Positions 31,319-42,433 of a stretch of DNA of 62,665 nucleotides are shown here, in pieces (the stretch's first letter is position 1; every line of letters begins with the position of its first letter). The notes beneath the pieces are model-generated. The model was not told the origin of the DNA. It saw only the letters and a list, made by a program, of their open reading frames with translations, and made no database searches. The DNA lies in contig JAAWGB010000004.1 of NCBI GenBank assembly GCA_022795075.1, positions 1-62,665 of the forward strand. The letters run 5' to 3'. The position numbers were made by a program, and so were the translations under genes. The DNA is from Clostridia bacterium (GTDB lineage Bacteria; Bacillota; Clostridia; TANB77; CAG-508).

Positions 31319-31528
31319 ATGGAATATGCAAAAGATGAAATTTTTCAAATTCGATATCATACAGACTTAAATCGATTAGAAATGAGAAAGGATAATTGGA
31401 CAAGCAGGCTAGGAAAGAGGATGAAAAGACATAAGCTACTAACAGTTGCAATTGTTTCATTGTGTGTGTTTGCTACAGTTAATATTATTATGATAGGTAG
31501 CTTTATGAGAATTTTACAAAATCTTTAA
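31319..31528 (+). CDS. Small membrane protein, hypothetical
   Basis: RBS-like AGAGGGGG; C-terminal hydrophobic segment. Confidence 0.55.
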   Translation: MEYAKDEIFQIRYHTDLNRLEMRKDNWTSRLGKRMKRHKLLTVAIVSLCVFATVNIIMIGSFMRILQNL

Positions 31529-31615
31529 AAAATGTTGGAAAAGCTAAAGGAATGTGGTAAAATAATGCTATTCAAGAAAAAGGAGGAATAGTAGTTATTT
31601 TGGCTACGAAAGAAT

Positions 31616-32479
31616 ATGAAATTAGCAAATGAATGGAAAGAATATAAGATTTTAGATATGGCAGACGGTCAAAAGCTAGAAAAATGGGGAGATGTTGTTC
31701 TAGTTAGACCAGACCCACAAATTATTTGGAAAGATAAGTGTTATCCCAATAAGTGGAAAGAAATTAATGCTACTTATCATAGAAGTAAGACTGGTGGAGG
31801 TTCTTGGGAGTTTAAAAAGAAGATGCCAAAAACTTGGCAAGTGCATTATAAAAATTTGACTTTTAATATTAAACCAATGGGATTTAAACATACAGGACTT
31901 TTTCCAGAGCAGGCTGTTAATTGGGATTGGATGATAAATAAGATTCAATCAGCCAAAAGAGAAATTAAGGTGCTAAATTTATTTGCCTATACAGGTGGAG
32001 CAACGGTTGCGTGTCTATCAGCTGGGGCTTTTGTATGTCATGTAGATAGTTCAAAAGGAATGACTACTTGGGCAAAGGAAAATGTAGCATCTTCTAGTTT
32101 ACAAGAAAAGCCTGTTCGATTCATAATTGATGATGTTGTAAAGTTTGTGAACAGAGAGATTAGAAGAGGCAATCGATATGATGCTATAATTATGGATCCA
32201 CCTTCCTATGGTAGAGGGGCCAAAGGGGAGGTTTGGCAGTTTGAAAGTAATATTTATGATTTAGTAGAGTTGTGCCAGCAAGTATTATCAGATAATCCTT
32301 TATTCTTTTTAATTAATTCTTATACAACTGGAATATCTAGTATGGTATTAAAAAATATTTTGAGTGTGACAGTAGATAAAAAATATAAAGGAAAATTAGA
32401 AAGTGGAGAAATTGGGCTTCCTATGGAAAATTCAAATTTAGTGTTACCTTGTGGAATTTATGGAAGGTGGGAAGCATGA
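31616..32479 (+). CDS. Class I SAM-dependent methyltransferase (RlmI/RlmK-like)
   Basis: KHTGLFPEQ, VLNLFAYTGG, IIMDPPSYG. Confidence 0.85.
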   Translation: MKLANEWKEYKILDMADGQKLEKWGDVVLVRPDPQIIWKDKCYPNKWKEINATYHRSKTGGGSWEFKKKMPKTWQVHYKNLTFNIKPMGFKHTGLFPEQAVNWDWMINKIQSAKREIKVLNLFAYTGGATVACLSAGAFVCHVDSSKGMTTWAKENVASSSLQEKPVRFIIDDVVKFVNREIRRGNRYDAIIMDPPSYGRGAKGEVWQFESNIYDLVELCQQVLSDNPLFFLINSYTTGISSMVLKNILSVTVDKKYKGKLESGEIGLPMENSNLVLPCGIYGRWEA

Positions 32480-33162
32480 ATCATTTGAAAGTATTATTTG
32501 AAGATAATCATATTATTGTTGTGGAAAAAAAACCGAATATTCCATCACAAGCAGACAAAACAGAAGATAGGGATATGCTTACAATGGTAAAACAATATAT
32601 TAAAGAAACTTATCACAAACAAGCAAATGTATATTTAGGATTGGTTCATAGGTTAGATAGACCAGTTGGAGGAGTCATGATTTTTGCCAAAACATCTAAA
32701 GCAGCTTCAAGATTAAGTGATCAAGTAAGACAAAAAAATTTTAAGAAAAAATACCTGGCTGTAGTGGATGGGAAAATAGAACCTAAGCAAGGAACCTTAG
32801 AAGATTATTTATATAAAGATGAAAGGCATAATATTAGCAAAGTAGTCAATCAAAATAAAAAAAATGCGAAGTTGGCGAAATTAGATTATAAGGTATTAAA
32901 TTATCAAGCAGTAAAAAAGTTAAGTTTGGTAGAAATTCATTTACATACAGGAAGGCATCATCAAATAAGAGTTCAGCTATCTCATTTTGGACATAGTATT
33001 TTTGGAGACCAAAAATATGGAACAAGAGGACAGGGAAAACAAATTGCTTTATGGGCATATGAGCTTACAATTAAACATCCAATTTCACAAGAAGAAATGA
33101 CTTTTCAAGATTTACCAGAACCAATTGGGACATGGTGCATATTGAAAGAACAAAAAATATAG
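32476..33162 (+). CDS. RluA-family pseudouridine synthase
   Basis: VHRLDRPVGG, TGRHHQIRVQ, GDQKYG. Confidence 0.92.
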   Translation: MNHLKVLFEDNHIIVVEKKPNIPSQADKTEDRDMLTMVKQYIKETYHKQANVYLGLVHRLDRPVGGVMIFAKTSKAASRLSDQVRQKNFKKKYLAVVDGKIEPKQGTLEDYLYKDERHNISKVVNQNKKNAKLAKLDYKVLNYQAVKKLSLVEIHLHTGRHHQIRVQLSHFGHSIFGDQKYGTRGQGKQIALWAYELTIKHPISQEEMTFQDLPEPIGTWCILKEQKI

Positions 33163-33272
33163 GTTTAGATGAATAAAAAGGTATTGGATAGGATTAAAAA
33201 TCTTGTATGTGAGTAAAAATTAGAAGAAATCAAAAAAATTTAATTATTATTTTTGAAAATTTCAAAAAGTAT

Positions 33273-33301
33273 TTGCATTTTGGGAAAATTTATGTTACAA
33301 T
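33273..33301 (+). promoter_or_regulatory. sigmaA promoter of secG
   Basis: TTGCAT-17-TACAAT with extended TG. Confidence 0.65.
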
Positions 33302-33346
33302 ATCGAAGTATCAAAAAGAGAGAAACCGTAGGGAGGAAGAAAATAA

Positions 33347-33595
33347 ATGGAAATAGCAAAAGGAATATTAATTGTAATTTATTTTATGGTAGCAATAGTA
33401 TTAATCATACTAACATTAATCCAAACAAAAGAAGATGAGGGATTATCATCTACCATAACTGGTTCATCAACAAACAACTTCTTTGAAAAAAACAAAGGAA
33501 GAACCAAAGAAGGAAAACAAAAAAAATGGACAATTATATTAGCAGTAGTATTTGCAATCTTAACCATAGCATTAGGGATTTTATATATGGCATAG
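33347..33595 (+). CDS. secG: Preprotein translocase SecG
   Basis: Two TM segments around GLSSTITGS; secG-rnr synteny. Confidence 0.88.
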   Translation: MEIAKGILIVIYFMVAIVLIILTLIQTKEDEGLSSTITGSSTNNFFEKNKGRTKEGKQKKWTIILAVVFAILTIALGILYMA

Positions 33596-33775
33596 AAAAA
33601 GTAGAAGGGCGGTTTTTATTTTAAAAACTTGCTCTTTTTTCAAAGAAGGTTACAAAAGTTGCCAAAATGGATTGACCTTTTTGGCAAAATGTGTAAGTAA
33701 AAGCTTTACGTTTTAAACCAATAAAAATACAAAAAGGTTTTTATCTTTTGGCATTTATGAAAGGAAAATTAAAGA

Positions 33776-35893
33776 ATGGAAGAACAGGAACTGAAGATTT
33801 TAGAATTAATGAAAAACGAAGATTATGTACCGATGAAAGCAAAAGAAATGGCAATGATAATGAGGGTACCTAAAAACGAATATAGAGATTTTTTAGAAGT
33901 TTTGGGAAATTTAGAGTTGAATTTTAAAATCCAAAAAAATCGAAAAAGTAGATATCGTTTAGTAGAAAAAACTTACTATGATGGAATTTATAGAAAAAAT
34001 CAAAAAGGATTTGGATTTGTAAGAATAGAAAGTCAGGAAGATGAAATTTATGTTGCAAAAGAAAATTCACTAAATGCTTTAAATGGAGATAGAGTACTAA
34101 TTGAAATTATAGAAGAAAAGAATAGAATAAAGAATGCAGAAGCAAAAGTCGTAAAAATTTTAAAACATGAAAAAGACACTATAGTAGGTATTTTTCAACA
34201 TAATAAGAGTTTTGGTTTTGTTGTGCCAGATGATAGAAATTTTGGAACCGATATTTTTATTCCTAAAAAAGATATGGGAAAGGCAAGAAATAACCATAAA
34301 GTATTAGTAAAAATAACAAAATATCCAACAGAAGGAAAAAAAGCAGAAGGAAAAATTGTAGAAGTGTTAGGTAATGTTAACGAAGCAGGCGTGGATATGC
34401 TTTCTCTTATTAAAGAACATAATTTGCCATCTACCTTTCCTGAAGTAGTTGTGCAAGAGGCAAAACATTTTGAAAATAAAGTAGATAAAAAAGATATTCC
34501 TCATCGTGTGGATTTTCGAGATAGAGAAATTTTCACCATTGATGGAGAAGATGCCAAAGATTTAGATGATGCAGTTCGTGTAAAAAAATTAAAAAATGGA
34601 AATTATAAATTAGAAGTTCACATTGCAGATGTTAGCTATTATGTAAGAGAAAATAGTTTACTAGATGGAGAGGCTTTGATAAGAGGAACCAGTATTTATA
34701 TGTTAGGAAGAGTTATTCCAATGTTACCAAGAGAGCTATCAAATGGAATTTGTAGTTTAAATGCTGGAGAAGATAGGTTTACATTATCTTGTTTGATGGA
34801 GATAGATGAAAAAGGTAATGTGATATCTTCTGAAATAGTAAAGGGAATTATTAATGTAACGCAAAGAATGAGTTATACAGATGTACAAGCTATTTTAGAT
34901 CATTCAAATGAACAAATACTAAAAAGATATAAGCCATATATTTCACACTTTAAGGCAATGGAAGAATTGGCCATTATCTTGAAAAATAAGAGAATGGAAC
35001 AAGGATATCTAAACTTAGATATTCCAGAGAGTAAAATAGATTTAGATATGGATGGTAGGGTAACTAATATTTCCAAATATGAAACTACTTTTGCTCATGA
35101 AATAATAGAACAGTTTATGCTAACAGCTAATGAAACAGTTGCAGAAAAATTTTTTTGGTTAGAAGCACCTTTTATTTATCGTGTACATGAAGATCCAGAC
35201 ATGGAAAAAATCCAAGAATTAAATAAGTTTTTATTTAATTTTGGAATGAAAATAAAAGCCAATAAAGATAATATTTATCCGAAAGAATTTGCTAAGATAT
35301 TAGATGAAGTAAAAGGCAAAGAAGAAGAAAAGGTAGTGTCTAATTTAGTTTTAAGAACTTTGAAAGTGGCTAGATATGAAGCAGAAAATAAAGGGCATTT
35401 TGGAATTGCCAGTAAATATTATTGCCATTTTACATCACCAATTAGAAGATATCCAGATTTATTTATCCATAGAGTTATTTCAAAATATTTAGAACAAAAC
35501 TATGATGTATCAGAAAAATGGATAGAAGAGAAACAAACACAAGCCCAGGAAAGAGCAGAGCAATCATCAGAAAGAGAAAAGATAGCAACAAAGGTGGAAA
35601 GAGAAGCAGAGGACTTGAAAAAAGCAGAATATATGGAAAAAAGAGTGGGAGAAGAATATGAAGGTATCATATCTTCTGTTACTTCTTTTGGAATTTTTGT
35701 AGAACTTCCCAATACAGTTGAAGGATTGATTAGATTTGAGGACTTAGGGGATGAATACTTTATATATGATGAGGATAGAAAGAGATTAATTGGTGAGAGA
35801 ACCAATAAAACTTATAAAATAGGAGATAGAGTAATAATAAGAGTAAAAAGAGCGAGTAAATTATTAAGACAAATTGATTTTGAAATGAGATAA
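33776..35893 (+). CDS. rnr: Ribonuclease R
   Basis: IDGEDAKDLDDA, HFTSPIRRYPDL, C-terminal S1 domain. Confidence 0.96.
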   Translation: MEEQELKILELMKNEDYVPMKAKEMAMIMRVPKNEYRDFLEVLGNLELNFKIQKNRKSRYRLVEKTYYDGIYRKNQKGFGFVRIESQEDEIYVAKENSLNALNGDRVLIEIIEEKNRIKNAEAKVVKILKHEKDTIVGIFQHNKSFGFVVPDDRNFGTDIFIPKKDMGKARNNHKVLVKITKYPTEGKKAEGKIVEVLGNVNEAGVDMLSLIKEHNLPSTFPEVVVQEAKHFENKVDKKDIPHRVDFRDREIFTIDGEDAKDLDDAVRVKKLKNGNYKLEVHIADVSYYVRENSLLDGEALIRGTSIYMLGRVIPMLPRELSNGICSLNAGEDRFTLSCLMEIDEKGNVISSEIVKGIINVTQRMSYTDVQAILDHSNEQILKRYKPYISHFKAMEELAIILKNKRMEQGYLNLDIPESKIDLDMDGRVTNISKYETTFAHEIIEQFMLTANETVAEKFFWLEAPFIYRVHEDPDMEKIQELNKFLFNFGMKIKANKDNIYPKEFAKILDEVKGKEEEKVVSNLVLRTLKVARYEAENKGHFGIASKYYCHFTSPIRRYPDLFIHRVISKYLEQNYDVSEKWIEEKQTQAQERAEQSSEREKIATKVEREAEDLKKAEYMEKRVGEEYEGIISSVTSFGIFVELPNTVEGLIRFEDLGDEYFIYDEDRKRLIGERTNKTYKIGDRVIIRVKRASKLLRQIDFEMR

Positions 35894-35899
35894 AATGGG

Positions 35900-36015
35900 G
35901 GGAAGGGACAATTGGGGACGGTTCTTAATTGCTACTTTTATTAAAAATTTTAATATTTTAAATAATTATTTAATTAAAAGTAGCAATTAAGAACCGTCCC
36001 CAATTGTCCCTTCCC
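35900..36015. repeat. REP-like perfect 41-bp inverted repeat
   Basis: GGGAAGGGACAATTGGGGACGGTTCTTAATTGCTACTTTTA at 35900-35940 and its reverse complement at 35975-36015. Confidence 0.88.
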
Positions 36016-36028
36016 TCCATTTTCTTTT

Positions 36029-36214
36029 TTAGTTTAGCCAAATGATGATATTAGAGAAAATAACAACAAGAATGGAAAAAGCAATAACAGTTATGCCACC
36101 TATTTTATTTTTTATGGTATTAATTTCATACCATGCGTATCCAATAGCTTTTAGCAAAATATAGAGGCTAATAATTAAAAATAACATGTGATAAACAATA
36201 CTTGACAAAGTCAT
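36029..36214 (-). CDS. Small membrane protein at the end of the ger operon
   Basis: AAGGAGG RBS, two hydrophobic stretches. Confidence 0.6.
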   Translation of the reverse strand: MTLSSIVYHMLFLIISLYILLKAIGYAWYEINTIKNKIGGITVIAFSILVVIFSNIIIWLN

Positions 36215-36227
36215 TCCTCCTTTTTAG

Positions 36228-37451
36228 TTAAGTTTCAGTAATTAGCATACTAGACTTAATAGAAGTATCAATTTGCACTTCAAAAAAGGCATTTTGATAG
36301 TTATTAGTCCAGTTATAGTTGTCAAAGTCTTGAGTTGTAAAGAAGTTTCCTAGTGCATATTTTCCAAGGCCATTAATATCAGACTTTAAATCCTTTGATG
36401 TTTTATATAGATAGTCAGTAAATACAGCTTCTAAGTATTTATTACAAGTTTCTGAAATGTCATTTAAGATGGTGGGGTCTAAATATTGGGAGTTACTAGA
36501 CATAGAGTAAATTCGACCATCAAATTGTGCTTTTACCTTAATGTAAGGAGAAGTAGTAGAAGTATCGATGTCAACTTTTGTATTACCTTTTGGTGTTACA
36601 TAGATGTCAATATAGCTTTTTACATCATTTGGGTCTGGTACAGAAACTAAAAAGCGGTCAACTTGATTTCTTAAAGCTAAAAAAGTAGAGGTTTCGATTG
36701 CACATAGTTCACCTACTAGTTTGTCATCTTTAAAGGCAGCAATACCAATATTTTCTGATCCATTTTCTCCTTCAATAGGTGTTTGATTTGATTTTACATC
36801 ATAATTTTGTTGGATTTGGCTATTTCCTTGATTTTGAGGTTTTTCTGTTGATATTCCACCTAGAATAGCATAAGGTTCACAGGTTTTACATATAATGGCA
36901 TTGAAAAAATCGCCAATTGTAGCATTTGGTTTGAAACCAGTATATTTACTAGAGTTTGTAAATATTTCATAGTATTTAGAAATTAGGTTTTCAAGTTCAG
37001 GAGAGGTTTGCTCCATATAAAATTTGGCCTTGCATTTGCTAACAACAATATTAGCAGAAGGACGAATTTGTGTGTCATTGATTAAGGTATAGATTTCTTC
37101 TGAGATTCCTTCTTGGGCAAGTTCTTCTGAAAATATGATTACTTTACAATGTGACAGATTTAATTCTTTTCCCATGTAGCTGTCCATTAAATTGATTGCG
37201 GTACTAAGTGATGGAGCACTTACAGAGTCCATAACAGTAGGTGTTTTTTCAGTAGAACCAGATTCAGTTGACTTAGTGGTAGTAGAGAATTGAAAGCTTA
37301 CTTCCAAATTATTATCTTCTCCTTTATCAATGCCAATTACAAGAACATAGGCTAAATTGTCCATACTAAGTGATAAGTAAGAACTTGAAAAGGCAATAAT
37401 AAAGAAAACAATTAAGAGAAAGATAAATAGATTTCGTATAATTTTATTCAA
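36228..37451 (-). CDS. Spore germination receptor C subunit (Ger(x)C-like)
   Basis: YVLVIGIDKG, LNLSHCKVIIFSEELA; third gene of an A-B-C operon. Confidence 0.85.
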   Translation of the reverse strand: MNKIIRNLFIFLLIVFFIIAFSSSYLSLSMDNLAYVLVIGIDKGEDNNLEVSFQFSTTTKSTESGSTEKTPTVMDSVSAPSLSTAINLMDSYMGKELNLSHCKVIIFSEELAQEGISEEIYTLINDTQIRPSANIVVSKCKAKFYMEQTSPELENLISKYYEIFTNSSKYTGFKPNATIGDFFNAIICKTCEPYAILGGISTEKPQNQGNSQIQQNYDVKSNQTPIEGENGSENIGIAAFKDDKLVGELCAIETSTFLALRNQVDRFLVSVPDPNDVKSYIDIYVTPKGNTKVDIDTSTTSPYIKVKAQFDGRIYSMSSNSQYLDPTILNDISETCNKYLEAVFTDYLYKTSKDLKSDINGLGKYALGNFFTTQDFDNYNWTNNYQNAFFEVQIDTSIKSSMLITET

Positions 37452-37504
37452 AAGAACCCCTCCTTTTATTTTTTTAGACTGTCAACCTTAAGAAATATAA
37501 TCAA

Positions 37505-38620
37505 TCAAGAAATAGTTTGGCTATTTGCTTGAATCTTTTTTTGTTTTCTTTTCATGATATTAGCTAAAATAAGAATACTAATTCCTAAGCCAAAACAGAT
37601 ACCTAACACTAAATAAGGATAGATTTCTGTTTCGAACTTATCAGAAATAGCATAATTTTTTGGTACCAATGTAATAGCAAGGATGAGAAGTCCAAAAATA
37701 TCAATCAAAGGCTTTTTTGTTTCAATGTTAGTTAGTTTTTTAAAAATACTCATAGCAAATTTGCTAGTAATGCTTAAATAACAACAAAATGCCAAAATCC
37801 AAATTAGTAAGAAAATAGATTCAAGTCTTTGAAAAAAGCTTCCGAATTCGATATATCTTGTGGCATTATATAAAGGCGTAATTTCGTTTGTGTTGATGAA
37901 AAAAGAAAACATAAACAAAAGTGTTGCTACACATAGCATTAAATAAATAGCAGAAATACCAATAGAAATTAAAGCAATTTTTTTCATTTTTTCAGGTTGT
38001 TTTAAATAAGGTGGTAAAAAATATAAAAAGGCAATTCCACCAAAAGCAGATAAATTAGTAAGACCAATAACAAAGGTGTTAAATAAACCATCACCAAAAA
38101 TAGGGAACATTCTTTGAGGCACAAATTTATTCATATTGGCAAAAAATAGAAATATAATACTGGCTAAAACAAGTGGTAAAATTAACAGATTTGTCTTTAA
38201 AGAGGCATTAAAATCAAGTCTATTAACACAACAAATTGCAATGACAAACAAAGAAAGGATAAATAAAATATTGGTCATTGGATAGTAAATAATTTTTATA
38301 CTTTCACAAAAGTTTCTAAGTAAAATACTAGAACTTATTAAAAAGTAAAGAATAAAAATGATACCAATTATATTTTTAAAAACCTTTCCGCCTAAATATT
38401 CTGAAATATCAATAATATCACTACCAGCAAAGTTTTTCATAAGCCTAACAATCAAATAAGAAAATAAAATGGCTAAGATACTTACAAAAATTAAATTGAT
38501 AATGGTTGCAGATTTTGTTAAAACTAAAATTTCTCTTGGTAAAGACGAAATAGTATGAGTAACAACAATAATAAGAACTAGCATAATTGCTTCAATTGTA
38601 CCAAGTTTTGATTTTGTCAT
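37505..38620 (-). CDS. Spore germination receptor B subunit (permease-like)
   Basis: Multi-TM protein, FFQRLESIFLLIW. Confidence 0.85.
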   Translation of the reverse strand: MTKSKLGTIEAIMLVLIIVVTHTISSLPREILVLTKSATIINLIFVSILAILFSYLIVRLMKNFAGSDIIDISEYLGGKVFKNIIGIIFILYFLISSSILLRNFCESIKIIYYPMTNILFILSLFVIAICCVNRLDFNASLKTNLLILPLVLASIIFLFFANMNKFVPQRMFPIFGDGLFNTFVIGLTNLSAFGGIAFLYFLPPYLKQPEKMKKIALISIGISAIYLMLCVATLLFMFSFFINTNEITPLYNATRYIEFGSFFQRLESIFLLIWILAFCCYLSITSKFAMSIFKKLTNIETKKPLIDIFGLLILAITLVPKNYAISDKFETEIYPYLVLGICFGLGISILILANIMKRKQKKIQANSQTIS

Positions 38621-38649
38621 GGTAAAACTCCTTTCTTTGTATTTTTAAT

Positions 38650-40374
38650 TTATGGTTTTTTATGATATTTCCATTTCATAGAAATTTTTGCTTGATTTTT
38701 TTCTTTTTTAGATGCTATATAAGAAGGGCGATATTCTCGTTTCCAAATAGGATTTAGCAAATAACCATTTCCTTTTGATTCAGTAGTAGGAGCAAAAGGA
38801 GTTGTATAAGAAACGCCAAAAGATCGTAAACTACAAACAAAGCTAATATAAACAAATAGACCTAAAGCAATTCCTAAAAAACCAGCCATAAAGCCAAGTA
38901 ATACAAATGCAAAACGGAAATATCTTAAATGAAAACCAAAAGAAAAGTCAGGAATAGCAAAAGAAGCAATACCAGTCATAGCTACAATAATAATTAAAAT
39001 TGGACTAACAATACCAGCACTAACAGCTGCTTGTCCTAAAACTAAGGCACCAACAATTCCAATTGTAGGACCAATGGCAGAAGGAACACGAAGTCCAGCT
39101 TCACGAATTAACTCAAAAGAGATTTCCATTAAAAGAATTTCTACGATAATAGGAAAAGGGACATTTTCCCTAGAGCTTAATATCGAGTAGAGTAGACCAG
39201 TTGGTAAAATTTCTTGATGAAAACTAGTAATAGCAACATATAATCCAGGTAAAAGTAAGGTGATAAAGGCAGCTAAAAATCTAAGCATTCGTAAGAAATT
39301 TGCAAAATTAACTTTTAAATTGCTATCTTCAGGAGAAGTTAAAAAGTCAATTAAAATAGCAGGCATAATAATACCATAAGGAGTTCCATTGACAATGACA
39401 ATGACTCTACCTTTTAAAAGATATTTAGCTGTTTTATCTGGTCTTTCGGTAGAAATCATTTCTGGAATGCCTAAGGCATTTGATTCAACTAATAATTGTT
39501 CTAATTCTCCAGCAGATAGTAAAGAATCGATTTCTAAGTTATTTAAGCGATATTTAACTTCATTGACTAAATCCGAATTGGTAATATTTTTCATGTAACA
39601 AATAGCACATTTAGTTTTGGTAATTTTTCCAACTTCTAAATTTTCTATAACTAGATTTTCGTTATTGACAATTCTTCTAATTAAAGAAGTATTGGTTCTA
39701 ATATTTTCGACAAAGGCTTCATGGGGTCCTTTTATAACAATTTCATTATTGGGGCTATTCACACTTCTTTGCTTAAAACCTTTTACTTCAATGTCAAAAG
39801 CAAGGCTTAGGGTATCAACAAATAAAGCACAGTTCCCAGAATTAATACCATTTGCTACTGTATCAAAGTCAGTTGCTTCTTTTACAGCATTTTGAGGCAT
39901 TAAACAACCCATTAAATAATTAGACAAGTCGAATTTTTTGACTTTTCGGACAGTAATATTATTGGCAACTGCTTCAGAAATTACTTTACTTTGTGTACCT
40001 TCATATAAATTACTTTTGTTTCGTAGCATGAGAGGCTCTAAGACAAATTTGTCCATAATTTCAGAGTCTACCATACCATCGATATAAACTAAAAAGGCAT
40101 TATATTGCTTTCCTCTAGCGTTAATAGTAAATTGTCTTAAAATGACATCACTATTAATTAATAGGTTGTATTTGGTTTTCATATATTCTAAATTGACATT
40201 TAGACTTGGAAAGATATTTATGGTTTCTTCTGTGTCAGATACTGAATCTACTGCTTGATTATCATTGGATTCTGTATTTTGAGTACCTTCTGGCAAACTG
40301 AAATTATATTCAACTGGTGGCTCATAAGTAAACAACTTTTGAAAAATATTTTTTAAATTCATCGTTTTCTCCAT
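38650..40374 (-). CDS. Spore germination receptor A subunit
   Basis: KGPHEAFVE, TERPD, LIREAGLRVP..IG.TIGIVGALVLGQAAV. Confidence 0.92.
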   Translation of the reverse strand: MEKTMNLKNIFQKLFTYEPPVEYNFSLPEGTQNTESNDNQAVDSVSDTEETINIFPSLNVNLEYMKTKYNLLINSDVILRQFTINARGKQYNAFLVYIDGMVDSEIMDKFVLEPLMLRNKSNLYEGTQSKVISEAVANNITVRKVKKFDLSNYLMGCLMPQNAVKEATDFDTVANGINSGNCALFVDTLSLAFDIEVKGFKQRSVNSPNNEIVIKGPHEAFVENIRTNTSLIRRIVNNENLVIENLEVGKITKTKCAICYMKNITNSDLVNEVKYRLNNLEIDSLLSAGELEQLLVESNALGIPEMISTERPDKTAKYLLKGRVIVIVNGTPYGIIMPAILIDFLTSPEDSNLKVNFANFLRMLRFLAAFITLLLPGLYVAITSFHQEILPTGLLYSILSSRENVPFPIIVEILLMEISFELIREAGLRVPSAIGPTIGIVGALVLGQAAVSAGIVSPILIIIVAMTGIASFAIPDFSFGFHLRYFRFAFVLLGFMAGFLGIALGLFVYISFVCSLRSFGVSYTTPFAPTTESKGNGYLLNPIWKREYRPSYIASKKEKNQAKISMKWKYHKKP

Positions 40375-40451
40375 TATTTTTTTACTGCTTAGTCAATTCT
40401 GTGAACAAAAATATTATACAAAAAAGGAAGACAGTTTGTTCAAATAATTAT

Positions 40452-40510
40452 CATAGAACTTCTAAATTTATTTTATGGATCTTTTCAAAGCAAGTTTGAA
40501 CATTTTCCAA
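40452..40510 (-). repeat. Degenerate partial copy (E) of the hairpin-family core
   Basis: TTTTATGG..CTTTTCAAAGCAAGTTTGAACATTTTCCA matches the core of 18517-18709. Confidence 0.65.
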
Positions 40511-40764
40511 ATAGAACAAAAGGAATATAATTAAAATTTTTTGACCTTTTTATATTATTTTTATATTCCATCTTTGTTCGTGTGCAAAAAATTGCTTGCA
40601 ATTTTTTTGTACCTTTTTTGTATAATATTTTGGTTGACAGTTTAAGTAATGTTAAAATTAAGCAGTATTTTTTTATTAGTATTTCTAAAAATAAACAAAA
40701 TATACTAGTTTTTTGAAGAAAAAAATGATATAATAAAAAGAGAAAAAAACAAAGGAGAAATAGT

Positions 40765-41883
40765 ATGAAAAGTAAATTAACAACAATCATTATTACAATT
40801 ATTATATTACTAACACTTAGTGTTTTTTCTTTATTTGGTATAATGGTGTGGAATGAATTAAAACAAATGGAAATATCTGCACAACCAGAAGATATGAAAA
40901 CGATTCTTTCAGAAAGCATGGATACAAAAAGTGAAGAAATAAAGTCACCACAAATTTTAGAAAATCCATTTGACAATATAAAAGACGAAAATCAACAAAG
41001 GGAAGAAAAAGATAATTCTAATGTTAATAAATATTTTTATAATCAACTAGAAGATTATTCAAAAACGATATATAGAGCTTTTGAAATAAACAAAGAAAAT
41101 ATGAAAACAGGAACCCAAAAAATAGAGTTGGGAAGCTCATTTAGTTCTTTATTACAACAAGAAGATGGGCAAGAACAATTAGGAAATTATTATCAATCAG
41201 CTTTAGAAGCCTATACTTATGATAATCCAGATGTATTTTATTTAAGTCCCAATAAAATGTATTTAAACATAGAAACTACTACAAAAGGAAAAAAAGTTAC
41301 TTATTATGTATATATTAATAGTGGTGATGAAGAAAATTATTTAATTGATGAATTTTCTTCTAAAGAAGAAGTTGATTTAGCCATCAATCAAATTGAACAA
41401 GTTAAAAATGGAATTTTGCAAAATAGACAAAATAATGCTTATGATAATATTAAAATGGTACATGATTATTTAGTAGAAAATATAGAATATGACACTAGTA
41501 TTTCTAAAAATCATATTTATAATATGTATGGGGCAATGATAAATGGAGAAGCGGTTTGTGAAGGGTATGCAAGAAGTTTTAAGTATTTAATGGATTCACT
41601 TGGTATACCATGTACATTAGTAATTGGAAAAGGAACTAATTCAGAAGGAAATCTAGAAAATCATGCTTGGAATTATGTGCAAATTGATAACCAGTGGTAT
41701 GCAATTGATACTACTTGGGATGATCCTGTTTCATTAACTGGCTGGGTTAGCCAAAGTTCAAAATATCGTTATTTTCTAAAGGGGTCAAATGAAATGGTAA
41801 AAGATCACACACCAAGTGGACAATTTACAGAAGGGGGAAAAATGTTTTATTATCCACCTTTGAATAGTACTAATTATGAATAA
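40765..41883 (+). CDS. Membrane-anchored transglutaminase-like domain protein
   Basis: N-terminal TM; AVCEGYARSF, HAWNYV, DTTWDD catalytic triad. Confidence 0.85.
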   Translation: MKSKLTTIIITIIILLTLSVFSLFGIMVWNELKQMEISAQPEDMKTILSESMDTKSEEIKSPQILENPFDNIKDENQQREEKDNSNVNKYFYNQLEDYSKTIYRAFEINKENMKTGTQKIELGSSFSSLLQQEDGQEQLGNYYQSALEAYTYDNPDVFYLSPNKMYLNIETTTKGKKVTYYVYINSGDEENYLIDEFSSKEEVDLAINQIEQVKNGILQNRQNNAYDNIKMVHDYLVENIEYDTSISKNHIYNMYGAMINGEAVCEGYARSFKYLMDSLGIPCTLVIGKGTNSEGNLENHAWNYVQIDNQWYAIDTTWDDPVSLTGWVSQSSKYRYFLKGSNEMVKDHTPSGQFTEGGKMFYYPPLNSTNYE

Positions 41884-42038
41884 TTAGTAATTGAACACAT
41901 TGAGGTATAGATCTTATTAAAAAGAAAAGAACTTAAAAATTTAATCATATAAAATTGCTTTTTTTATGGAAACCTGTTATAATCTAGTATACTAGAAGTT
42001 CTAGTAGTAGCAGGCAATGGTTTTTAAGGAGGAGAGAT

Positions 42039-42227
42039 ATGGGCAACAAATATTTTCAAAAAATACAAGGAATGACAGTAGAAACATTTGTGCAGAGCTA
42101 TAAATTTCAATCTCAAATGGATGTTAATACAATTAATGGAATTGATGTTAGCGGTCGTGGGGCGAAGATGGTAGGCGATATACATCGTTCCGTAAAAAGA
42201 AAGGAAAAAGATTCCCAAAAAGATTAG
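42039..42227 (+). CDS. Small hypothetical protein
   Basis: AAGGAGGAG RBS, 62-aa ORF. Confidence 0.55.
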   Translation: MGNKYFQKIQGMTVETFVQSYKFQSQMDVNTINGIDVSGRGAKMVGDIHRSVKRKEKDSQKD

Positions 42228-42433
42228 AGCGTTTCAAAGAAAAAAACAAAAGTAAAGGATAATTAATTAATTATTAAAAAAATACCATTGCAACCCATCT
42301 TATTTATAGGATGGGTTCTACTTTTTTATAGGGAATAATTTTCCTATTTTTGAAACTTTTTTAAAAGAAATTACATCTTTTAAAGTAGGAAGGAGAAAAC
42401 TAAAATTTAGAATAAGAAAAAAAGGGGGAAGAA

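Noticed and set aside
35894-36030. smpB/tmRNA expected after secG-rnr
   Set aside because: Not present; the interval holds only the palindrome and the end of the ger operon.
42039-42227. Small acid-soluble spore protein identity for the 62-aa ORF
   Set aside because: Only a vague resemblance; the conserved alpha/beta SASP motifs are not present.
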